Positions 27,650-36,916 of a stretch of 64,000 bases of DNA are shown here, in pieces. A model generated the notes under the pieces. It saw nothing but the letters and a program-made list of their open reading frames with translations, was not told the origin of the DNA and ran no database searches. Each line of letters starts with the position of its first letter. Position 1 is the stretch's first letter. This DNA is from a virus (Duplodnaviria; Caudoviricetes): the IMG/VR virus record IMGVR_UViG_3300017917_004426, positions 566-64,565 of that record; one strand, 5' to 3'. The position numbers were made by a program, and so were the translations under genes.

Positions 27650-28740
27650 GTCACTCAAAGTTCTTATGCAAAGCTCCTTGGGTGAGCATGGCATTTCAGC
27701 CCAGTGGGCAAGTTGGCCCTTGTTGCGTATTTGGGCTTGACAATCTCAAAGATATAGCAACGCCGGTAGAAACTACTTTTCAGCAAGAACGCCAAGATTT
27801 TCTTGCAGGAACAGTACCACAAGGTTGTCAAAAATGTTATCAAAGTTTTTTTGAAACTGGAAAAAGCGCAGCAGATTCGTTTAAGCAATACAAAACGGAT
27901 TTTGCTACAGTTCGTCTGCAAGAAATAAATGTAAAGTCAAACAACATTTGCAACCTAGCCTGCAGAAGTTGTGGACCGCATTTTAGTTCCAAATGGGAAG
28001 AAGAGTTTGGGCACACCATAACAATAACCAGAGACAGTTTGGTATTAGACAAGTTGAAATTAATAGACTTGTCCCAACTCAAAACTGTGGTTATAGCCGG
28101 CGGCGAACCCACCTTGACACAAGAGCACGTAGAAGTTTTACAAAAACTGTTAGAAATTGGACATACTGATGTGGCTATTCGTATTTCAACAAATCTTACA
28201 AGTTTACGATACAAACACATAGATTTGATTTCGCTATGGAAAAAATTTCCAAAACTTTATTTACAACTCAGTATTGATGCTGTAGAAGACCGTGCTAGAA
28301 CCATACGCTCAGGAACCGACTGGCAAGTGGTAAGCGCAAATCTAAAAACCATAGTTGCCAGCAACATCACATATTATGTAAATGTCACTGTGAGTGCATT
28401 AAACATTTGGTTTCTTGAAGAAACGTTAACGCACTTAACTTCCAACTTTGGTATAAAAGTCAAAGACATTAATTTCAATATTGTTTTTGGTCCAGAGCAG
28501 TTGAGCATACAAGTTATACCATCACAATACCGACAAGATCTTAATCTCATGTTGGATAGATGTGTAAAAATGGGCTACAATCTACAGCAAGTGAAAACTT
28601 ACTTTAACGGCACAGACAAACAAGATCTTTGGCCAAATTTTTTAATATATAATCTTATGTTAGACAATTCGAGGAAAGAAAATTTCTTCGAACAGTTGCC
28701 CATAAAAAAAGATCTAACAGATCAATGGCTTAAACTTTAA
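27646..28740 (+). CDS. Radical SAM protein with an N-terminal twitch/SPASM-like domain
   Basis: LCKAPW...PCC...CQKC, then CNLACRSC and AGGEP. Confidence 0.85.
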   Translation: MSHSKFLCKAPWVSMAFQPSGQVGPCCVFGLDNLKDIATPVETTFQQERQDFLAGTVPQGCQKCYQSFFETGKSAADSFKQYKTDFATVRLQEINVKSNNICNLACRSCGPHFSSKWEEEFGHTITITRDSLVLDKLKLIDLSQLKTVVIAGGEPTLTQEHVEVLQKLLEIGHTDVAIRISTNLTSLRYKHIDLISLWKKFPKLYLQLSIDAVEDRARTIRSGTDWQVVSANLKTIVASNITYYVNVTVSALNIWFLEETLTHLTSNFGIKVKDINFNIVFGPEQLSIQVIPSQYRQDLNLMLDRCVKMGYNLQQVKTYFNGTDKQDLWPNFLIYNLMLDNSRKENFFEQLPIKKDLTDQWLKL

Positions 28741-28751
28741 CAGGAAAAAAT

Positions 28752-29414
28752 ATGATCATAGGTATTTGTGGATTCATTGGGTCTGGCAAAGACACCATTG
28801 CTGACTATCTTGTAAATTTGCATCACTTTCGCAGAGAAAGTTTTGCTTCCACACTGAAAGATGCCGTGAGTCAAGTGTTTGGGTGGGACAGAACCATGTT
28901 GGAAGGGCGTACCAAACAAGCCCGCGAATGGCGTGAACGTGTGGATCCTTGGTGGGCAGAACGGCTGAACATGCCCACACTAACGCCACGCTGGATCTTA
29001 CAGTATTGGGGTACAGAAGTTTGCAGAGCAGGATTTCATGACGATATTTGGATTGCAAGTTTGGAAAACAAACTGCGCCACAGCCAAGACGATGTGGTCA
29101 TATCAGACTGTCGTTTCCCCAACGAAATTGCTGCCATCAAAAACGCAGGTGGGCGTGTGATACGTGTGGTGCGTGGGCCCGAACCTGCTTGGTACAGTGC
29201 GGCAGTGAGTGTGAACCGTGGACCAAATGGCAATGCTACCTGGGCATTAAGTCAGCGCAAACTGGAAAAGATAGGTATCCATGCGTCAGAAACTGCCTGG
29301 GTGGGCACAGACTTTGATGCTGTGCTCGACAACAACGGCACCTTAGATGACCTGTATCAGCAGGTTAAAAATCTGGTTCAAGATCGCCCTGGCGCCACGG
29401 AAGATCGCTCTTAG
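28752..29414 (+). CDS. gp1: Deoxynucleoside monophosphate kinase
   Basis: IIGICGFIGSGKDT P-loop; TPRWILQYWGTE, ISDCRFPNE and HASE motifs; ends in TAG. Confidence 0.92.
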   Translation: MIIGICGFIGSGKDTIADYLVNLHHFRRESFASTLKDAVSQVFGWDRTMLEGRTKQAREWRERVDPWWAERLNMPTLTPRWILQYWGTEVCRAGFHDDIWIASLENKLRHSQDDVVISDCRFPNEIAAIKNAGGRVIRVVRGPEPAWYSAAVSVNRGPNGNATWALSQRKLEKIGIHASETAWVGTDFDAVLDNNGTLDDLYQQVKNLVQDRPGATEDRS

Positions 29415-29709
29415 ACAGTTCTACTTCACAATTCCTACAAACTGATTTGAGATTCTTTAGTCCAGCATTGTTCAAGTTTCCGTCAATGTGATACACAAAG
29501 ATCTGACCGGCATATTTGGCTCGGAACCCACAACGGTCGCAAATCATCTTCTTTTTGTAACCTGCTGACTTCCAGCGTGGTTCTCTGGGTTTAAGTCCAC
29601 GACCTTTCCTAGCACAAGTCTCGCATCGCGACCGATAGTGTGTGATGTCTTCACGAATGTAGTTTACCGCACAAGGGCGTTGGTGGCAGGCTTGGCAAAT
29701 GGGTCTCAT
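29365..29709 (-). CDS. Small Zn-binding HNH-like protein
   Basis: Four CxxC pairs and HIDGNLNN...NL..VCRNC; start set at ATG 29709, 5 nt after TAAATA. Confidence 0.75.
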   Translation of the reverse strand: MRPICQACHQRPCAVNYIREDITHYRSRCETCARKGRGLKPREPRWKSAGYKKKMICDRCGFRAKYAGQIFVYHIDGNLNNAGLKNLKSVCRNCEVELSKSDLPWRQGDLEPDF

Positions 29710-29760
29710 ATGGGTATTTAGCGCCTGGACCTTTGACAAAGGTATTCAAAACGGCTGTTT

Positions 29761-29795
29761 TTTTCAAGGTCTCAATAAATATTAGAACTTGAAAA
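29761..29795 (+). promoter_or_regulatory. Late promoter at the apex of a hairpin upstream of the sheath gene
   Basis: TTTTCAAG-g-TCT-c-AAT[AAAT]ATT-AGA-a-CTTGAAAA; TAAATA at 29776-29781; the SD AAGGA overlaps the stem end. Confidence 0.65.
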
Positions 29796-29805
29796 GGATT
29801 CAACC

Positions 29806-32800
29806 ATGGCTCTCACATCACCCGGCGTACAAGTAACAGTAATTGACGAAAGTCAATATATTCCATCAGCAGTCAATACAGTACCATACTTTTTGATTGC
29901 CACAGCGCAGAACAAAGTTTCTGGCACTGGCGTTGGAGTAGCAGCTGGTACTACAGCGGCTAACGCTAACAAAACATATTTAATCACCAGTCAGCGTGAT
30001 TTAACAGCCACTTTTGGTGTGCCATTCTTCTATAACACAACTACTGGTACTCCAATTAATGGTTACGAACTCAACGAATATGGCTTGTTGGCTGCTTACA
30101 GCTCATTGGGCATTTCCAATCGCGCTTATGTTCAGCGTGTGGACATTGACTTGACCGAACTCACAGCCAGTTTGACCCGTCCAACTGGAACGCCTGTTGA
30201 TGGTGCTTATTGGTTAGATACTTCAACTTCTGTTTGGGGCATTCAAGAATGGAACCAAGAAACTGGTACATTTGAAGTTATGACACCAATGGTGATTACA
30301 AGCGCAGCAGATGTTGTGGTTAGCACCAGTGGAATTACAGGTTTGCCAATTTACACTCCATTGAACACAGTGGGCAGTATTGGTGATTATGCAGTAGTAG
30401 CATATGCCGATGCTGGCGATGATGCACATAATGTTTGCTGGTATAAGAATTCGGCAAATGTCTGGGTGGCAGTTGGCAGTGCAGAATGGCAAGTGTCATA
30501 TCCTACAATTCAAGGTTCAGTGGTTAATCCCACACTCACAGCAGGACAAAGTATTTTTATCAATGGAACATCTGTTGCTGTGCCTGCTTCGCCATCTAAT
30601 ACTTTGGCAGGTTTTGTTGCTGCTATCAATTCAGCAACCATTGCAGGTGTGACAGCGGCGGCTGTAGGTGGTAAGTTTACTATCTATGCTGACGATACAG
30701 CAACCAATGATGGTAGTACCGCCAATGGTGGTATTGTGAGCATTCAACCCAATGCTAGCGGTTCTGCATTGTGTACTGCTCTTGGTATTTCTGCCATTGA
30801 GTATCTAACACCCATATACTTCCCAGGTTACAGTTATCAAGCACCACGCTGGAGAACCACCGATACCACACCAAGACCAACTGGATCTGTATGGAACAAT
30901 TTGAGTCCTGCAAACAATGGATTAAATTTGATTTTGAAAAAATACAGTGCAACATTGGGCGAATGGGTAGCACAGTCAGTGCCAGCATATCAAAACACAA
31001 ACTATGCTCTGAACGCATTAGACCCTACTGGTGGTGGAAAAAATATTCCTGTGGGAACCACATGGTGCCAATATAATGCCAACTTCAATGAAACTACTCC
31101 TTTGAATTCCATGGGATTTGAAATTTATGAACAAGTGGTGTTTGGTCAGACCATCATTGCAGGAACAACCACACCAGGACAGAATGCCGATCCGTTGTTC
31201 ACAGCAGGAAATCGTTTTATACTTTATGGTTCGGCTGCTGGATCGAATACTGGTAATTACGCCACAGTTATATTGACTGGTACTAGCATTGCCAGTTTCA
31301 TCGCCGATGTTAGCGCAGCCAATGTACCTTATGTGTCGGCTAGTGTAAACAGCGCCGGAAACATTGTGTTTACTCACACTCAAGGTGGATCAATTGGATT
31401 ACAAAATGTTATTGGTACTCCAGCTGCAACCGCCGGTTTTACAACTGCTACTCCATATTGCAGACAGAGTGTAACAAATCAAAATATTTTGTTTTTAAGC
31501 AATTTCTGCGGTGTGCCTGAGTTCAATTACACTGCTTCAAGCACAGCACCTTATCAAGATCCTGCTGATGGCAGACTGTGGTACTACTCAACACCAAGCC
31601 AAGTTGACATCATGATTCAAAACAATGGATCTTGGCAAGGATATCAAAACGTCAGCAATGATGTTCGTGGATATGATCTCACACAAACCAATCCTTCTGG
31701 ACCAATCTGTGCTGCCACAGCACCAACATTGCAAACCGATGGTATTACAGATTTACAATTGGGTGATTTGTGGGTGGACACTAGTGATTTGGAAAATTAT
31801 CCAAAACTGTATCGTTGGTCACAGGTAGATGCCATTCAACAATGGGTGGCGGTAGATACCACTGACCAAGTCACACAGAATGGTGTGTTGTTTGCTGACG
31901 CACGTTGGGCACCAAATGGCACAACAGATCCTGTTGCTGATCCAATTCCAACTATTGTGAGTTTGTTGACCAGCAACTATCTCGATTTGGATGCTCCAGA
32001 TCCAGCACTATATCCACAAGGTATGTTGTTATGGAACACACGTCGTTCGGGCTACAATGTTAAGAGTTATCAAAGCGATTACTTTAATGCTACTTCATTC
32101 CCTGATCAAGCACTGCCGCCGGTGACCAGCACTTGGCTCACAGCATCAGGCAACAAACAAGACGGCAGCATGTACGCAGGTCGCTTGGCACAACGTCAGA
32201 TGGTTGTGGCTGCAATGAAGTCAGGCTTGGATACCAGTTTAGGCGCTAGAGAAGATACAGCACAGTTTACACTGATTGCAACACCTGCATACCCTGAACT
32301 GATTCCTAACATGATTGCACTCAGCAACGAGCGCAACAACACCTTGTTTGTGGTTGGTGATACTCCAATGCGCTTGCCAGCCAATGGTACTGATATTACA
32401 GCATGGGCTACTAACAATGGCGGCGTTGGCTTACCAGCAGGCGATGGTCAATCAAGCACCAGCAACTATGCTGCCACATTCTATCCAAGTTGTACAACCA
32501 CAGACTTGAGTGGCAATACTGTGGTAACAGCACCAAGTCACATGATGGTTAGAACCATAATCCGCAGTGACGAAGTAAGTTATCCATGGTTGGCACCAGC
32601 AGGCACACGCCGCGGTGTGGTAGACAATGCCACACAAATTGGCTATATTGATGGCGCTACCGGCGAGTTCCAGCCAATTGGTGTGAACCAGGGCCTGCGT
32701 GATGTGTTGTATGCTTTGAACGTGAACCCAATCACATTCATTCCAGGTATCGGTATTACCAACTTTGGTAACAAAACAAGCACCACAACTACCACAGCAT

Positions 32801-33123
32801 TGGATCGCATCAACGTTGCACGACTGGTTGCATTCTTGCGTGGACGCTTGGAAGAAATTGGTAAATTGTATCTGTTTGAACCTAACGATCAGATCACACG
32901 CAATGAAATCACCAACACCTGCAACAGTTTGATGGTTGACTTGATTGCTAAACGTGCTATCTATGACTACTTGGTTGTTTGCGACTTGAGCAATAACACA
33001 CCGGCTCGTATTGACCGCAATGAATTGTGGGTTGATATTGCTATTGAACCAGTCAAGGCTGTGGAGTTTATCTACATTCCTCTGCGTATCAAGAACACTG
33101 GAGACATAGCAGCAGGACTGTAA
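29806..33123 (+). CDS. gp18: Tail sheath protein with a large central insertion
   Basis: MALTSPGVQVTVIDES N-terminus; PWLAPAGTRRG, DRINVARL, LFEPND and IEPVKAVEFIYIP C-terminus. Confidence 0.95.
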   Translation: MALTSPGVQVTVIDESQYIPSAVNTVPYFLIATAQNKVSGTGVGVAAGTTAANANKTYLITSQRDLTATFGVPFFYNTTTGTPINGYELNEYGLLAAYSSLGISNRAYVQRVDIDLTELTASLTRPTGTPVDGAYWLDTSTSVWGIQEWNQETGTFEVMTPMVITSAADVVVSTSGITGLPIYTPLNTVGSIGDYAVVAYADAGDDAHNVCWYKNSANVWVAVGSAEWQVSYPTIQGSVVNPTLTAGQSIFINGTSVAVPASPSNTLAGFVAAINSATIAGVTAAAVGGKFTIYADDTATNDGSTANGGIVSIQPNASGSALCTALGISAIEYLTPIYFPGYSYQAPRWRTTDTTPRPTGSVWNNLSPANNGLNLILKKYSATLGEWVAQSVPAYQNTNYALNALDPTGGGKNIPVGTTWCQYNANFNETTPLNSMGFEIYEQVVFGQTIIAGTTTPGQNADPLFTAGNRFILYGSAAGSNTGNYATVILTGTSIASFIADVSAANVPYVSASVNSAGNIVFTHTQGGSIGLQNVIGTPAATAGFTTATPYCRQSVTNQNILFLSNFCGVPEFNYTASSTAPYQDPADGRLWYYSTPSQVDIMIQNNGSWQGYQNVSNDVRGYDLTQTNPSGPICAATAPTLQTDGITDLQLGDLWVDTSDLENYPKLYRWSQVDAIQQWVAVDTTDQVTQNGVLFADARWAPNGTTDPVADPIPTIVSLLTSNYLDLDAPDPALYPQGMLLWNTRRSGYNVKSYQSDYFNATSFPDQALPPVTSTWLTASGNKQDGSMYAGRLAQRQMVVAAMKSGLDTSLGAREDTAQFTLIATPAYPELIPNMIALSNERNNTLFVVGDTPMRLPANGTDITAWATNNGGVGLPAGDGQSSTSNYAATFYPSCTTTDLSGNTVVTAPSHMMVRTIIRSDEVSYPWLAPAGTRRGVVDNATQIGYIDGATGEFQPIGVNQGLRDVLYALNVNPITFIPGIGITNFGNKTSTTTTTALDRINVARLVAFLRGRLEEIGKLYLFEPNDQITRNEITNTCNSLMVDLIAKRAIYDYLVVCDLSNNTPARIDRNELWVDIAIEPVKAVEFIYIPLRIKNTGDIAAGL

Positions 33124-33150
33124 AAATAGGGTCCGAGGACCCTATTTTTT
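33122..33150 (+). terminator. Intrinsic, possibly bidirectional, terminator
   Basis: AAAAATAGGGTC-CGAG-GACCCTATTTTTT. Confidence 0.85.
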
Positions 33151-33191
33151 GACCTCAAGTCTAAGATAAATAAAACTAGGAGATACATATA

Positions 33192-33827
33192 ATGCCAAGT
33201 TCATCATTAAACAAAATGACAGTGCCGCTTGCAAGCGATCAATCAGCAAGCACCCAAGGTCTGTTAATGCCAAAACTTAGATATCGCTTTAGAGTGATGT
33301 TTGAGAATTTGGGAGTTTCAACACCAACTACAGAGTTGACCAAGCAGGTTGTAAGTTTTGCTCGACCTAACTTGACATTTGAACCAATTACATTGCCAAT
33401 TTACAACTCAACATTGAAGTTGGCCGGTCGTCACACCTGGGCAGATGTTGCTGTTGAGATTCGCGATGATGCATCTGGTAACGTCAGTAAGTTGATTGGC
33501 GAGCAGATCCAGAAACAAATGGACTTCTTAGAAATGAGTTCTGCTGCATCTGGTATTGACTACAAGTTCTTGACCAAGTTGGAAATTCTTGATGGTGGCA
33601 ATGGTGCCAACGAACCAGTAGTACTTGAGTCATGGGAACTGTATGGTTGCTACATTGTGAGCGCCGACTATGGTCCAATGAACTATGGCACCAACGAAGC
33701 TGTTTCGATTACTATGAACATTTCTTATGACAACGCCAACCAAGGCAATCAAGGTGGCGGCGGTATTGGGGCTGTTATCGGCCGTACTGTTAACGATGTG
33801 GTAACAGGTATCGGCACAGGACCTTAA
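33192..33827 (+). CDS. gp19: Tail tube protein
   Basis: Follows the sheath gene; PKLRYRFRV...RP...KLAGRHTW...WELYGC...ISYDNA pattern; TAAATA and AGGAG upstream. Confidence 0.88.
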   Translation: MPSSSLNKMTVPLASDQSASTQGLLMPKLRYRFRVMFENLGVSTPTTELTKQVVSFARPNLTFEPITLPIYNSTLKLAGRHTWADVAVEIRDDASGNVSKLIGEQIQKQMDFLEMSSAASGIDYKFLTKLEILDGGNGANEPVVLESWELYGCYIVSADYGPMNYGTNEAVSITMNISYDNANQGNQGGGGIGAVIGRTVNDVVTGIGTGP

Positions 33828-33837
33828 GGTCTAATCA

Positions 33838-34974
33838 ATGTCTAGCTTCGGCCAGGACTTTCTTAAAGGTTTTACTGCGACAAATAGCTTGCGTGATTAC
33901 ACTCACGCAAGCAAAACTTTTCGCACCAACGCCTACGAACTCAAACCTAGATTTAAATTTTTATTTCACGTGCAGTTCACACTCAACGTGGAAGAAATTC
34001 AAGCACTGAAAAATTCCAAGATATTTGGCCCAACACAAATTTCAACATTGAGCTTGGCAGTAAAAACTGTTGACTTGCCCAAATATAACATTGATGTTGC
34101 TACACTTAATCAGTACAATCGCAAGCGTCTTGTTCAAACCAAGATCAACTATGAACCAGTGAACGTCACATTTCATGATGATGGCGGCGACAACATTCGC
34201 GAGATGTGGTATCAATACTATTCTTACTATTACAAAGATCCAGCACAACAATACATCAGCAATGCGCCAACGTCTTATGGTACAGTTGGTAATGTAACAA
34301 ACAAACAAAATGGATTTAGTTATAACAATAGAGACATTTATTCACAAAACCGCATTGGTAGTGTGAATGATTGGGGCTTCATCGGTGAAAACTTCATGGA
34401 TGGTACCAGCACCGCAAGTGGTAAGCCTCCATTCTTCAAAGACATACAAATCATTGGTTTTGATCAGCACAAGTATGCACGATACATCTTGATCAATCCA
34501 CTAATTACCAATTGGAATCATGACACTTACGATTACTCGCAAGGCAATGGCACCATGCAGCACACCATGACCATACGTTATGAAACTGTGAAATATTTTA
34601 ACGGTGGTCTTGGCAAACCTGATGTCAATGTCAATTGGCCAGATTATGCGCACTATGACAACATTCCCAGTCCGTTGGCTCGTGCAGGATCTACTGCTAG
34701 TATATTTGGGCAAGGTGGTTTATTATCTACGGGAGAAGGCATATTGGCAGATTTGGAGTCTGGATCAGTGGCAGGCTTGATTGGTGCCGCACAAAAAGCC
34801 GGTGCTGCCTACAATACATTCAAAGGCAAAAATTTGCGTTCTATAGTAGAAAGCGAAGCAGTGTCTTTAGGTAAACAGACCATTGGTCAATATGGTCCTA
34901 ATGCAACTAGAGCAGTTATAAACAAAGCCGATGGCTGGTTTTTTCCAACTGCACAAACTAATAGAAATCCTTGA
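33838..34974 (+). CDS. Tube-fold baseplate / tube initiator protein (gp48/gp54-like)
   Basis: VKTVDLPKY...NQYNRKR..QTKINYEPVNVTFHDD tube-like fold; position after the tube gene. Confidence 0.65.
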   Translation: MSSFGQDFLKGFTATNSLRDYTHASKTFRTNAYELKPRFKFLFHVQFTLNVEEIQALKNSKIFGPTQISTLSLAVKTVDLPKYNIDVATLNQYNRKRLVQTKINYEPVNVTFHDDGGDNIREMWYQYYSYYYKDPAQQYISNAPTSYGTVGNVTNKQNGFSYNNRDIYSQNRIGSVNDWGFIGENFMDGTSTASGKPPFFKDIQIIGFDQHKYARYILINPLITNWNHDTYDYSQGNGTMQHTMTIRYETVKYFNGGLGKPDVNVNWPDYAHYDNIPSPLARAGSTASIFGQGGLLSTGEGILADLESGSVAGLIGAAQKAGAAYNTFKGKNLRSIVESEAVSLGKQTIGQYGPNATRAVINKADGWFFPTAQTNRNP

Positions 34975-34982
34975 GCAATAGT

Positions 34983-35348
34983 ATGAGCACAGGTTCAGTA
35001 AATTACACTAACACCAATCTTGATCAAACTGTAAGAATCTTTGACAAGTTTTACAAGTATGAGGCCAATGTTCCAGCGGCTGAATATGATATTGTGTTGA
35101 GTTTCTTTAAACAACAAATGGGCGATGCTAGAGTAGCAGGTAACTTTACAGTGAGTTTGTTTCAGGTAGCAGAACAAACTGGTATTCCTGCACTCACACT
35201 GTTGGATAGTTTTCAAGGCAGTGACTTGATGACCATAAACATCAACATGGCCTACTATTTGAACAACATACGCAGCAGAGCCACGCTACTGGGTGTGAAT
35301 GCACAACCAGTGCCCAACTATTATGCTGCCAGAACAGTGTTACAATGA
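34983..35348 (+). CDS. Hypothetical protein
   Basis: 121-aa ORF in the tail/head operon; overlaps the next gene by ATGA. Confidence 0.7.
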   Translation: MSTGSVNYTNTNLDQTVRIFDKFYKYEANVPAAEYDIVLSFFKQQMGDARVAGNFTVSLFQVAEQTGIPALTLLDSFQGSDLMTININMAYYLNNIRSRATLLGVNAQPVPNYYAARTVLQ

Positions 35349-35776
35349 GCAAGTGGGCACAAGGCGTATATCAAGTAATTAACCCTAAGAAATATGTGGG
35401 CCAAGGCATGCCCAGGTATCGATCAGGGTGGGAACATTCATTCATGCGTTTTCTCGACGAAAATAATAATATCATGCAATGGGCCTCAGAAAGTGTTCGC
35501 ATACCTTACCTTCATCCACTAACTGGCAAAATGACTACCTATGTGCCAGACTTTTTGATCACCTACAAAACTCGCGATAACACTATGCGAGCAGAGTTAA
35601 TCGAAATCAAACCCAAAGGCCAAAGCGCCATAACAGAAGGTCAAAAACCCAGAGACCGTGCTGTTGTTGCTGTGAATTATGCCAAATGGGACGCTGCCAC
35701 AAAATGGTGTAGAAATCAAGGCTTGACTTTTAGAGTCATAACTGAAGACGATATGTTTAAGAACGGTAAAGCATAG
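35345..35776 (+). CDS. gp4: Head completion nuclease
   Basis: INPKKYVG...YRSGWE...WASE...IPY...YVPDF...IEIKP...AKW.AA..WC...FRVITE; ends in TAG. Confidence 0.9.
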   Translation: MSKWAQGVYQVINPKKYVGQGMPRYRSGWEHSFMRFLDENNNIMQWASESVRIPYLHPLTGKMTTYVPDFLITYKTRDNTMRAELIEIKPKGQSAITEGQKPRDRAVVAVNYAKWDAATKWCRNQGLTFRVITEDDMFKNGKA

Positions 35777-35790
35777 CCACTAAATATGGC

Positions 35791-36282
35791 ATGACCCGTA
35801 AACTTGAAGAACTTTTTGATTTACCGCCCTCCACTGAAGAAGTGGACGCTGCTGTTCCTTCAATAGCAGAAAATCGCACCATAATCCAAAACTTAGATGC
35901 TGCTATCGACAAGATAGATGCTGCCTTGCCGGCTGTGCGAGGCTTGGAATCAACAGATCAAGAAATGGACGAACTGGCAGGCCTAGCCACCGGCAGTTAC
36001 AAGGACCTTATGGATCTTGGCATGCAAGTGGACTCAAGATTCGCCAGCGAAATTTTCTCAGTAGCATCTAACATGCTGGGGCATGCTATCACAGCCAAAA
36101 CAGCCAAGTTAGACAAAAAATTAAAGATGATTGACTTGCAGATGAAAAAAATGCGACTGGATCAACAGCAAGCAGAAAAAGATCCAGAAGGCGCAGCACA
36201 AACAGGGCAAGGCCATGTGCTCAGCCGCAATGAATTGCTGGAAAGAATCCTCGGTAAGAATCAAAACAGTCAAAGAGAATAA
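35791..36282 (+). CDS. Putative terminase small subunit (gp16-like)
   Basis: Helical 163 aa with SRFASEIFSVAS.ML and a C-terminal SRNELL; late promoter. Confidence 0.5.
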   Translation: MTRKLEELFDLPPSTEEVDAAVPSIAENRTIIQNLDAAIDKIDAALPAVRGLESTDQEMDELAGLATGSYKDLMDLGMQVDSRFASEIFSVASNMLGHAITAKTAKLDKKLKMIDLQMKKMRLDQQQAEKDPEGAAQTGQGHVLSRNELLERILGKNQNSQRE

Positions 36283-36302
36283 ATATATCACAGGAACCTG
36301 AC

Positions 36303-36911
36303 ATGAAACCATTTGCCAAATATCTAGCAGAAAGCGAACGCACATACGATTATCGTATTAAAATGTGTGGTCGAATTCCAGACGATCTTGTGCGTCAACT
36401 CAAATCCAAACTGGACCAATTTGATCCAGCCAAATTGGGCGACGTCAAGACCACTCCCATACAAAAAATCCTCACAGACTTTCCCAACAATCAGAACGAC
36501 GCTGTGACAATGTTTGATGTGAGTTTCAAATATCCAGCAATTGAACCACAGATTAAACAGTTGTTTCAAATGCTAGGTGGTGATCCCAATCTTATTGTAA
36601 TGCAAACACAGCAACATGTGGATGGACTAGTAGATGAGATAGATCGCATTGAAACTGAAAACAAAGACCTGTTGGCTGATACAGATTATCCTGCAGACAA
36701 CGTTGAACAAAAGGTATTGAAGAAAGATTACTCTGCTGATCCATATGATCATGCTGTGTTGAAAAATGCCTATCGCAGTGATTTCACAGTGGCTGGTGGT
36801 AAGACACCTCCTGCTAAGACCACTAACCAACTTCCCCAGGGCAACAAGAGCCCTATGACCAATATCAAGCGTCAACCCAAGCCTGCTACCGGCGCACAAC
36901 CTCGAGGATAA
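36303..36911 (+). CDS. Putative internal head protein
   Basis: N-terminus MKPFAKYLAE resembles T4 capsid-targeting leaders; TAAATA and AGGA upstream. Confidence 0.55.
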   Translation: MKPFAKYLAESERTYDYRIKMCGRIPDDLVRQLKSKLDQFDPAKLGDVKTTPIQKILTDFPNNQNDAVTMFDVSFKYPAIEPQIKQLFQMLGGDPNLIVMQTQQHVDGLVDEIDRIETENKDLLADTDYPADNVEQKVLKKDYSADPYDHAVLKNAYRSDFTVAGGKTPPAKTTNQLPQGNKSPMTNIKRQPKPATGAQPRG

Positions 36912-36916
36912 TTGAA

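Noticed and set aside
29365-29709. Mobile homing endonuclease
   Set aside because: Only 114 aa, with a degenerate HNH motif and its own late promoter; nothing in the sequence shows recent insertion.
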